DNA from: Deltaproteobacteria bacterium
Lineage (GTDB): Bacteria; SAR324; NAC60-12
Reading direction: 5' to 3'
DNA: 64,000 bases
NCBI GenBank assembly: GCA_038150265.1
Contig: JAYOTF010000002.1
Location: 1-64,000, forward strand
Shown here: positions 41,299 through 49,761 of the stretch, in pieces
How the letters are laid out: the number at the start of each line of letters is the position of its first letter
Numbering within the stretch: position 1 is the first letter of the stretch
The notes under the pieces: generated by a model
Seen by the model: the letters and a program-made list of their open reading frames with translations, nothing else
What the model was told of the DNA's origin: nothing
Databases searched by the model: none
Program-made: the position numbers and the translations under genes

Positions 41299-44187
41299 TT
41301 GTTTGTGAGTTCCATGCTGTCGACTGGAAGCCGCCTCTTCCTGCTTGCGTTCTTGCTCTGGTTCCTGGTTCCTGCAGGCTTGCAGGCCCAGACAAACGAG
41401 GTGCGCAAGGTTGAGCTGATCCGTCGCGGCAAGCAGATGAGCGTGCAGATCCTGACCGCTCAGCCTGCAGACTTTACCATCACCGAGAACCTCAAGTCCC
41501 TGACGTTGGTGGTGAAGTTCCGGAACACGCGTCCGAACTTCCCCGATGGCAGCAACATCCGCCTCTTCAACGATGAGCAGGTCGAGGGGGTGCAGTTTCT
41601 GGAGATTGGCTCGGAAACCTGGGCCCAGTTCAAGCTCCGGACCGATGAACTGACCTACGAGCAGCGCTCAACCGACAACCCCAATCTGCTGGAGATCGCC
41701 TTTCGGCCTCCGGTGGAGATGGAGCCCCTCCCGGAAATTTCCGAAGACGCCCAGTACACCCTCCAGCGCATCCGTCATGACAACACAACCACCGACCGGA
41801 CGCGCCTGATCTTCCAGTTTGACGAACTGCCTCGGCTGATGGCCCAGCCGGAACGCAACGGCACAGTGGTCAACCTACGCTTTCCGGACACGTTGCCAGT
41901 GGCAGGGCTGGACGCCTTTGCCTTTGGTGATGACCGTGTGAGCTTTGAGGGGCTGCAGGTGGACATCAACCAGATCTTTGTCCGCATGGAACTGCTGGGG
42001 GCCAATGGTCGTGTGGAAACGCAGCGCCTGCAGAGCCCACCTCGGTGGCAGGTCGACGTCTTTGGTGAGGTGCAGGGGCAATCCCAAGACGCGGTTGCCG
42101 ACCTGCTGGAAGGGAATGACAACCTGACCGATGAGGAGCGGTTTCAGCAGCGGGTGGACCGCATTGAGCGCAAGAACCGAGAAACGCGCCTCCGGAATTC
42201 CTACCAGGTTGCGGAGCGGGGCTTCCGTCGCAACAACTACCAGGAAGCCATCCAGGGCTTCGAGGACGTCTACAAGCAGGCTCGGGTCAATGCCGCCGAT
42301 TTTGAAGACGACATTCCCTCCATTGCGGTGCAGGCGCTCTTCCGGAAAGCCGACACGCTCTACACGATGCTGGAGCGCCGGCGAGGACGGAACTACCACA
42401 CGGCCATTGACTCCTACAAGCTGGCGATGCGCATCGCCGAGGAGACCAACACGCGTGATGACCTGATGGCGCATGCCCTCTTCCGGGTCGCCCGCAGTTA
42501 CCAGAAGATGGGCTTCAACGAAGAAGCGACGCTCTACTTCGACATGCTCCGCGACCGCTACCCTACGGCGATGGAGACCATTGAGTCGAACTTCTGGAAA
42601 GCCGTCAGCCAGGCGGACCGTCAGAACTGGGAAGAGGCCATCACGAACTTCAACAACTACCTGCAGGCGTCTCCGAATCCGAAGTACCTGGCTGCCGCCA
42701 CCTACAAGCTGGCGCAGGCGAACTATCAGCTGGAGCGCTTCATCACGGCCCGTGAGTACTTTGACCAGGCCCGCGAGCTGGATCCGGACTACCCGCTGGG
42801 GCACCCCATGCTGCTCTTCCACATGGGCGAGACCTACTACGAAAATGCGGACTACGTCACGGCCCGCGAGACCTTCAAGACGCTGCTGCGGCGTTATCCC
42901 AAGGCGGACTTTACCAAGTTTGTGGCCCTGCGGCTCGGAGACTTCCTCCGGGATGAAGGCAAGGAAGATGATGCCATTGCGGCTTACCGGAATGCCATTG
43001 GAAGTTACACCCGAGAGATTGCAATCCTCGGCAAGCTCCGCATTGCCAACCTGCAGTCCATGCGTCCTTACGGAGGTGAGCACCTGGAGGCGATCAAGGT
43101 CTATGACGAAATCATGGAGCTGTATCCGGATGCGCCACAGGTGGAAGAGGCGATGCTCCGGAAGGGGCTGACCCTGACGCTTTATGGGGACTACGAGGCC
43201 GCAATTGCTGCGCTGGAAGCCTTCATGCAGAAGTACCCGCAGAGCCTCTATGTGCAGCGTGGGGTCATTCAGGAGAACATTGACGAGAACCTCAAGGGCC
43301 TGATTGACCGCTACTATCAGCAGCAGGATGACCTGGCGCTGGTGGCGTCTTACCGCGACTACCAAGCCAAGTACCTCCTCAACTTCCGTTTCGTCTCCAC
43401 CCTCTTTCAGGTGGCCAATGCGCACAAGAACCTGGGGCTGCACGATGACGCCCTGGACCTCCTGAAGTTTCTGGAAAGCCGAGCCCGTGGCACCATGCTG
43501 GAGCTGATTCGCCTGCAGATGGCCCAGACGCTTCTGGACAAGGGCAGTTTGCCGCAAGCTCGAGATCAGTACGCCCGCTTCCTCCAGCAGTATCCGGACA
43601 GCTCGTATGATGCTGCTGCACGGATGGATCTGGCCGAGGTGTACCGGCAGGAGCGGGAGTTTGACAAGGCGGAGTTGGTGCTGAACCAGGCCATTGAGAA
43701 GTATGATCAGGATGAGGACCAGCTCAAGGCCGAGGTCACCCCTGAGCTGTACTACCGCCTGGGGCAGCTTTATGAGGAGATGGGACGTTACGCAGAAGCC
43801 GGCAACGCCTACCGCAACGCCATCCGCTCTTACAGCCATCCGGTCAATGCGCCCGATACTCCGGATTACGTGGTGAAGAGCCACTTCCTGGCAGCGGACA
43901 TGCTCGCCAAGGTGGGAGAAGACGAGGCGGCTCTGGCGCAGTATGAGCTGGCCATGGCCACCTATGCCGACCAAACGGATCCGGATACCAAGGACCGGCT
44001 CAAGTGGGCGCTTTATCAATCCGGGACCCTGATGGCCCGGCTTGGGCAAGAACAGCAGGCGCTTGATGTCTTCAAGCAGCTGATTGATGATCCGGAAGGA
44101 CAGGGGCAGCTCTGGCAGCGGTTGGCGAATGAGCAGTACCAGGCGCTCTCGCGGCAGCTTTCCTTCCAGAACTACCTGCAGCAGTAA
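41299..44187 (+). CDS. Large exported TPR protein with N-terminal beta-rich (AMIN-like) domains
   Basis: Signal peptide ending AGLQA; many TPRs ending in the YP motif (FLQQYPDS, LRRYPK, MELYPD). Confidence 0.75.
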   Translation: MFVSSMLSTGSRLFLLAFLLWFLVPAGLQAQTNEVRKVELIRRGKQMSVQILTAQPADFTITENLKSLTLVVKFRNTRPNFPDGSNIRLFNDEQVEGVQFLEIGSETWAQFKLRTDELTYEQRSTDNPNLLEIAFRPPVEMEPLPEISEDAQYTLQRIRHDNTTTDRTRLIFQFDELPRLMAQPERNGTVVNLRFPDTLPVAGLDAFAFGDDRVSFEGLQVDINQIFVRMELLGANGRVETQRLQSPPRWQVDVFGEVQGQSQDAVADLLEGNDNLTDEERFQQRVDRIERKNRETRLRNSYQVAERGFRRNNYQEAIQGFEDVYKQARVNAADFEDDIPSIAVQALFRKADTLYTMLERRRGRNYHTAIDSYKLAMRIAEETNTRDDLMAHALFRVARSYQKMGFNEEATLYFDMLRDRYPTAMETIESNFWKAVSQADRQNWEEAITNFNNYLQASPNPKYLAAATYKLAQANYQLERFITAREYFDQARELDPDYPLGHPMLLFHMGETYYENADYVTARETFKTLLRRYPKADFTKFVALRLGDFLRDEGKEDDAIAAYRNAIGSYTREIAILGKLRIANLQSMRPYGGEHLEAIKVYDEIMELYPDAPQVEEAMLRKGLTLTLYGDYEAAIAALEAFMQKYPQSLYVQRGVIQENIDENLKGLIDRYYQQQDDLALVASYRDYQAKYLLNFRFVSTLFQVANAHKNLGLHDDALDLLKFLESRARGTMLELIRLQMAQTLLDKGSLPQARDQYARFLQQYPDSSYDAAARMDLAEVYRQEREFDKAELVLNQAIEKYDQDEDQLKAEVTPELYYRLGQLYEEMGRYAEAGNAYRNAIRSYSHPVNAPDTPDYVVKSHFLAADMLAKVGEDEAALAQYELAMATYADQTDPDTKDRLKWALYQSGTLMARLGQEQQALDVFKQLIDDPEGQGQLWQRLANEQYQALSRQLSFQNYLQQ

Positions 44188-44238
44188 AAAAACTGCTTGA
44201 AACTCACTGAGAAGCCGACATAATAGTGAGTTCCTTGC

Positions 44239-44313
44239 TGGGGTGTAGCCAAGTGGTAAGGCAGCGGGTTTTGATCCCGTCATTCGTAGGTTCGATCCCT
44301 ACCACCCCAGCCA
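44239..44313 (+). tRNA. tRNA-Gln(TTG)
   Basis: TGGGGTG..GCGGG-TT-TTG-AT-CCCGT..GGTTCGATCC..CACCCCAGCCA; TTGAAA-N16-CATAAT upstream. Confidence 0.96.
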
Positions 44314-44751
44314 CTCCTCTCCTAGAAAATCCCCTTTTACATCAGTAATTCCCTGCGTTTTTGAGGACTCCTCAAAGGCCGAGACTTCTGCTGTCTGTAG
44401 GATCCCCAACCGCCTGCAAAAGCCTCCCCCGCTTCAGCTCCGAGCTCCTGCTTCTCCTGCTTCCATGAGGCCTCCTGTGGCCAAACCGCGAGCAGGCGCT
44501 CCCGAGCTGGTCTTGGGTTGGGAGGTCCTTCCGGGGGCTTCTGCCCAATCGGTCACCGGTCACGGGTGCAGTCAGCCGTTGATTCGGGAGAACGCGCTCT
44601 CAGGTCCGTTCTGCTGAAGGCGTGGTGGAGCACCATTGGTGCCGATTGAGGTGCAGCTCATGGTGCTGCAGAGGGGGGGGCCGGCGCGGCAATGCGGTCA
44701 TCGGGAAGGAAGGCATCAGGAGCCCTCCGCAAGGGGGAACGCTCCTGTGCC

Positions 44752-44782
44752 AGAAAAGCGGACCCGTCCGGGCAGGACGGGT
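44752..44782 (-). terminator. Intrinsic terminator after the putative phosphatase gene
   Basis: ACCCGTCC/GGACGGGT stem; on the minus strand followed by CCGCTTTTCT. Confidence 0.6.
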
Positions 44783-44790
44783 GAGGGAAC

Positions 44791-46899
44791 TTAGCGGGTG
44801 GTCACCTGTTCTCGACGCTCCGACGGGAGGGCACCGAGCAGGGCTTTCCCGGGAATCCGGAGGTTGAACATGAACAGCTGGCCCCCTTGATCCGATTGGG
44901 TTTCCTGGATGGCCCCGCCGGATTCACCCTTGTGCTGAACGACCCCAATCATGGTGACCTGATTCAGCGGCAGGGAACTGTTGACCTTCTGCTCGCCGGT
45001 GCCGGCCAGCTCAGCCTGGGTGTAGAATTCGCCATTGGCCTTGCGAGCCACAAGGGCCGTGACGTTCCAGGAGCCGGAAAACTCGGTGGCTGTGGCCTTG
45101 GAGAAGGCTCCGGGGTAGGCGGCGACGCCCTGGAGCGCCCGTGGGTTTTCCTTACCTCCAGCCATGGCAAGGAAGTAGCCCTTGCCCGCTTCCGTGAGCT
45201 CCATCGTGTTCGGATCAAGCATCAGGGCGTACTTGCGCTCACCCAGAGCATTGCCGGAGTCTTCATCCACGATGAGGACGTCAGCGTCAGAGCTCTTCAC
45301 CCACATCAAGCCGTCCGGCGCGACCATTTTGGCCTGACCATCTTGCCAGGTCGCCGCCGTGCCGTTGCCGCCGTGCTTGATGCCCTTGTTGGCGGTGTCC
45401 AGGGTGAGGGCTCCATCCACGGCAGCGACCACACGCGTCACGTCTGCAGAGACCAGCGCAGGGAGGTCGCCATTGGCACGAGTGACCTGATTGACAAAAT
45501 CGGTCAGCTCCACAGCCAGCACGCCACCTTTGTTGGTCATGTTCTGCACGTAACGCTGCTTGGTGATGTCCGGATCCACCGCCGGGTGCTCCGTCTTGGA
45601 ATCTCCCACAAAGTAGGTATGCCCTGCAGGCTGCTCATTGGCCATCTGCCAGCGGAGGATTTCGGTATTTCCAACGGAAACCGGATTCTCCCAGCCCTTC
45701 CACTGGTAGCTGGTTGGGACAAACTTCACCTGGAAGCGATCAGGGGCAATGGCGTTCATCAGGTAGTCATCGAGCATCTTTTCGGAGGTGTCGATGGAGT
45801 CAATGCCCAGCTTGGCAAAATCCGAGTTGGCGAGGGCCATGCCGTAGATCTTGCCGTAGAGCAGACCATTACGGGCCAGGAACTTGTCGCGCTCGGATGC
45901 GGAGCCATTCGGGTCAACGACCTGGTTGTTCTGATCCACCCCCTTCTTCCCGACGTAGATGCGAAGCGGAGCCGGCTCGATGTCGTGGTTGTAGCCGGCG
46001 AGGACCATCACGACGTAGTCCGGATGCATCGGGTTGATCGGCATGATCTTTTCGTAGCCCGACTGTCCCAGAGCCGGGACGGCATAGGCGGTTTCGTTGG
46101 CAATGTCGACCACGACGGAAGCCAGGCCCATGGTGTCGTTGGTGTCAATGCCAGTGCCCTCAAACATGTCCTGAATGTTCCACTCTTCTGCGGCAATCCA
46201 GACATCATCAGCGAGGCCAATGCCCTGGCCGTACTTGTTGGCCTTCTCATAGTAGGCGCCGCAGAAGGACTGGAAGAAGAAGTCAGCCTGAGAGAGCTGC
46301 ATCTGCGGAGCAAACTCAACGACCTGACCGGTGGGGAGGGTCTGGTTGCCCCACTTGCCGCCCTGACTTTTGGGGCGGACGACCTCTCCAAACTGGTTGT
46401 AGATGGTCGAGAAGAGGTGTCCGGAGCCTTCCACCATGGAGCTGGCAGGGTTCTGGTTGTCCAGGAAGCTGGCGAACTGGGCCCGGTTGTAGTCGATGGT
46501 GTGAATGTGAGAGCCCGTGAAGGTGACGCCGCTCTTCATCTTCCAGGGGTAGGTTTCGTTGCTCATGGTGGCATACGATTCCGACTGGTACACGACGCGG
46601 ACGGTATCTTCATCAAGGAGCCACGCCGCGTTGCCGTCCGGATAGCCGGTGAGGGCCTGACCGGTCGTTTTGTCGACTTCTCCCATGGTGGCCAGCGGTT
46701 TCATGTTCCCAATGTACGGGAACGCCGTGTCGCCACTCATGCCGTCGAGCAGTTCACTGGCCTCATCGGAAGTGCTGGCTTCTGCAATGAGCGCAGTGAC
46801 TTCGCCAATTGTTTTCAGGTCAGCGGCCCAGGCCACACTGGTGGCGCTCAAAAAGAGCGCCGTGCTGTAAGCCAGCTTCAATGGGGTCTTCACTTTCAT
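44791..46899 (-). CDS. Secreted ~700-aa protein, probable atypical (PhoA-aty/EHAP1-like) alkaline phosphatase
   Basis: Sec signal ending SVAWA; motifs ATMGEVD, TGYPDGNAAWL, YQSESY, SFCG, AEEW, GYEK, KTEHP, PDGL, DEDSGN, EFSG; family assignment from recall, not searched. Confidence 0.6.
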   Translation of the reverse strand: MKVKTPLKLAYSTALFLSATSVAWAADLKTIGEVTALIAEASTSDEASELLDGMSGDTAFPYIGNMKPLATMGEVDKTTGQALTGYPDGNAAWLLDEDTVRVVYQSESYATMSNETYPWKMKSGVTFTGSHIHTIDYNRAQFASFLDNQNPASSMVEGSGHLFSTIYNQFGEVVRPKSQGGKWGNQTLPTGQVVEFAPQMQLSQADFFFQSFCGAYYEKANKYGQGIGLADDVWIAAEEWNIQDMFEGTGIDTNDTMGLASVVVDIANETAYAVPALGQSGYEKIMPINPMHPDYVVMVLAGYNHDIEPAPLRIYVGKKGVDQNNQVVDPNGSASERDKFLARNGLLYGKIYGMALANSDFAKLGIDSIDTSEKMLDDYLMNAIAPDRFQVKFVPTSYQWKGWENPVSVGNTEILRWQMANEQPAGHTYFVGDSKTEHPAVDPDITKQRYVQNMTNKGGVLAVELTDFVNQVTRANGDLPALVSADVTRVVAAVDGALTLDTANKGIKHGGNGTAATWQDGQAKMVAPDGLMWVKSSDADVLIVDEDSGNALGERKYALMLDPNTMELTEAGKGYFLAMAGGKENPRALQGVAAYPGAFSKATATEFSGSWNVTALVARKANGEFYTQAELAGTGEQKVNSSLPLNQVTMIGVVQHKGESGGAIQETQSDQGGQLFMFNLRIPGKALLGALPSERREQVTTR

Positions 46900-46988
46900 A
46901 GAAATCTCATCAGACAAATTACAGATCGGCCCTTGTTTGGCACAGCGACCAAGGCAGGGCTTTGATGCTTCACCGCGAAGCACTCAAA

Positions 46989-47021
46989 ACCATAAGCGGC
47001 AGATGTCAGAAATTGATGAGC
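46989..47021 (-). promoter_or_regulatory. Putative Pho-type promoter of the phosphatase gene
   Basis: Minus strand GCTCATC-N5-CTGACAT-N8-TATGGT; CTGACAT is one mismatch from the Pho-box half-site CTGTCAT. Confidence 0.35.
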
Positions 47022-47143
47022 CTTGTTTTCAGATTGGGTCTGAAGGGGATGCGGAAGAAGGGAGCCCACCTGGCGAGGAACAGGAGGGCGAGTCGCCTGG
47101 AGCCGGCAGGTGGCCCACCTGGTTCAGACGGGCCGGAGGGGGC

Positions 47144-47794
47144 TTATTCGGTCAGCTCGAAGAATGCAGGAAGCTGGCTGTACACGCTGGCGTCTCCCCC
47201 CTTGAAGTTCAGCGAGACGGAGTCCCGGCGTTTCAGGGTTTCCTCAAAGCGCAGGTAGGGCTTGCTGTCCACAAAGATCGCTGTGGCTGCAACCTGAAGA
47301 GACTTCCGGGAGTCACTGATGACACGGAAGATGAGGTCTTCAGCCGGCAGGTCCATGCTCAGCATGAAGTTGATGGACCGGAGTTCCTTGTTGAGCTGGT
47401 CCAGAGCCGAGTCGTTGGGCACCAGTTGGACGCGGGTGCCGTCGGCCTGCAGGGCAGCGAGGAAGGTGTGGTTCTGCTGATACGCAGCCAGGGTTTCAGC
47501 CGTCCCGAATGGAATGGTGGTCCGGACGACCATCAGCTTGCCGATCAGGTCGTCCAGGATCTCGATTTCCGACTCTTCCGGAAGGTACTTCTGGGCAATG
47601 GTCCGGGCCTCAGCCAACTGGCCGTCCTTGTCGTCACCCAACAGCTTGAAGCTCGCTTTAACGGGCACCATCAGCTGTTCCTGCTGACGGACCGCTTCCA
47701 GGTCACTGGTGTAGACTTCGATTTCCAACTCGTCGGGTTTGCATCCGGACAGCAGGAGCAGGCCGGGGATCAGGAGTAGAAACAGGTACTTCAT
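47144..47794 (-). CDS. Hypothetical lipoprotein
   Basis: MKYLFLLLIPGLLLLSGC lipobox. Confidence 0.7.
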   Translation of the reverse strand: MKYLFLLLIPGLLLLSGCKPDELEIEVYTSDLEAVRQQEQLMVPVKASFKLLGDDKDGQLAEARTIAQKYLPEESEIEILDDLIGKLMVVRTTIPFGTAETLAAYQQNHTFLAALQADGTRVQLVPNDSALDQLNKELRSINFMLSMDLPAEDLIFRVISDSRKSLQVAATAIFVDSKPYLRFEETLKRRDSVSLNFKGGDASVYSQLPAFFELTE

Positions 47795-47872
47795 GGAGAC
47801 TCACTCGGAAATGCGGCGGGGGAATGAAGGGGAGGGACTCGGAGGCAGAGGGGCCTCCGAGCCGAGAGGTGC

Positions 47873-49735
47873 TTAAACGAGTTTGAAGATTTCTCCAAGC
47901 TCGTCACGGATCTGACGGGTGTCCTTCCAGTGGGAGGCTCCCCGAACCTGGAACGATTCAGCCGTCGGCTTGCTGATCTCTTCCTCAAAGATCTGGCGGA
48001 AGGCCTTGGAGGCCGAGTGCTCAGGATTGATGACAAAGCGGGCGCCGGCTTCATAAAGCGCCTTCGCATCATCACTGGATCCGGCTGCCACGAGGAACGG
48101 CACCCCGGAGTTCTTCAGCAGGGTGGCCAGCTCCAGGTTGGCATCCTGATCCTCTGCGTTACAGGCGACCACCAGCTTGGCCTGGTCGAAGCGGTACGCG
48201 CCCCAGACGCCGTTTTCGGTGCCATCTGCATAGAGCGGAACGATGTTCCCGTCAATCTTGGCACTGAAGTGGGCGTAAATCTCCGGGTCCATGTCCACAA
48301 GCAGCACCCGCTCGCCTTTTTCCTCATAGAACGCCGCAATCTCTTGGGAGAGTTCATTGAAGGAAAGCAGCACCACGTGGTCCTTCAACTCGAAGTTGTA
48401 GGTCTCAGCCAGTTCCTGCGGAGGCGTGTTGCGGTCCAGGAAGCTGACCAGGCCCTTGAAGGAGTTGTAGAGGGCGTTGATGCTGCCGTGTCCAAACGAG
48501 GAGAACACGAAGGAGAGCAGGGTCACACAGACGGCGGTCACAAAGACGTGGTCGGAAAAGAGGCCATCGGTCCAGGCCAGCAGAGCGAGGATGATGGTGA
48601 TCTCGGAGCCGTGGTTCAGGGTCATGCCCACCATGAAGGTGGGGCGAGCCTTGAGGCCGGTGGCGTATCCCATGATGATGGAGATGATCGGCTTCACAAT
48701 GAGGACCATGATCGTCAGCATGACAATGCCGCCGAAGCTGGAGGCATAGACGGAGCCGTCGATCCGAGCCATCATCACTCCCAGGGTGATGAAGAAGAGG
48801 ATCTGTCCAAAGGATTGCAGCGGGCCGACCTTGTCTTCCACGTCAATGCGGTAGGGCAGGATGCCGATGGAGACGCCGGCAAAGAAGGCCCCGGCTTCCG
48901 GAGCAATGCCCATGTAGTCGCAGATGCTGGCAATACCCATGCAGTAGCCCAGCGCACTGATGAAGAGCATCTCGGCAGACCGGAGCAGGTAGCGCAGGAT
49001 CGGCTCAAGCAGCACCTTCGCGAGCACCAGCAGCACCAGCAGCAGGAGGAGCACTCCTTCGGTCATCCAGAGGTTGAACAGTCCAGAGCTGGCTCCAGTG
49101 CTGGTCTCAACCGAAGCGTCGAGCTTGGCCAGGAGGATCACTGCGACAAGGCTGGAAATGACCATGCCGCCTTTGGCGATCTGTCCATAGAGGGTTTCCT
49201 CGCTGCCATTGTGTTCCAGGGCCAGCCCCACCAGGGCGGCAGATGGAATGACCAGGCAGAGGGCAAAGTAGATGGAGTCGGCAAACCCGTTGGTGCCAAC
49301 AATCTTGGAGCCCACAAAGTAGAAGAACAGCAACCCGAGCGCCAGGTACCCGATTCCGTTGATCGTGATCAGGCGTCCTCGCTTGGTGATGTCGCTGATG
49401 TCAAACTGCAGGCCGGCCATGAAGAAGATCAGGATCACCCCAATCTGCTGAAATCCGAGCAGAATGGATTCAATTCCGGGGAACAGGGCCTCCAGTTCTT
49501 CCGGAGTCGAGGCCATGCCTCCAGCCACGCCTCCCATGATGAACCCCATCACAATGAAGGAGAGGGTTGCCGTTTGTTTGAGCATGGTCAGAACGATGGT
49601 GATCAGCATCGCGCCTCCCAGCATGAGGCCTAGCGGCTTGATCAGCCACCCGCCACCTCCGGCATACGCCGGCAGAGCAATCAGCAGCAGCACTCCCAAT
49701 GCTGCCGCAAATCGAATAAGTCGAGAATTCAGCAT
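47873..49735 (-). CDS. CPA2 cation:proton antiporter with RCK/TrkA-N domain, degenerate paralog
   Basis: About 13 TMs, GVILIFFMAGLQ, GAFFAG, C-terminal HVVLL..VLLVDMDP..GARFVI. Confidence 0.85.
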   Translation of the reverse strand: MLNSRLIRFAAALGVLLLIALPAYAGGGGWLIKPLGLMLGGAMLITIVLTMLKQTATLSFIVMGFIMGGVAGGMASTPEELEALFPGIESILLGFQQIGVILIFFMAGLQFDISDITKRGRLITINGIGYLALGLLFFYFVGSKIVGTNGFADSIYFALCLVIPSAALVGLALEHNGSEETLYGQIAKGGMVISSLVAVILLAKLDASVETSTGASSGLFNLWMTEGVLLLLLVLLVLAKVLLEPILRYLLRSAEMLFISALGYCMGIASICDYMGIAPEAGAFFAGVSIGILPYRIDVEDKVGPLQSFGQILFFITLGVMMARIDGSVYASSFGGIVMLTIMVLIVKPIISIIMGYATGLKARPTFMVGMTLNHGSEITIILALLAWTDGLFSDHVFVTAVCVTLLSFVFSSFGHGSINALYNSFKGLVSFLDRNTPPQELAETYNFELKDHVVLLSFNELSQEIAAFYEEKGERVLLVDMDPEIYAHFSAKIDGNIVPLYADGTENGVWGAYRFDQAKLVVACNAEDQDANLELATLLKNSGVPFLVAAGSSDDAKALYEAGARFVINPEHSASKAFRQIFEEEISKPTAESFQVRGASHWKDTRQIRDELGEIFKLV

Positions 49736-49761
49736 GTTCAGTTCCTTATAGGTCAGACGAT

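Noticed and set aside
44372..44867. Short ORFs after tRNA-Gln
   Set aside because: No ribosome-binding site or motif; composition looks non-coding and includes terminator hairpins.
46907..46924. Minus-strand CTGTAAT-TTGT-CTGATGA as an 11-bp-pitch Pho box
   Set aside because: The second half-site is poor and it lies within 25 nt of the start codon with no -10 element after it.
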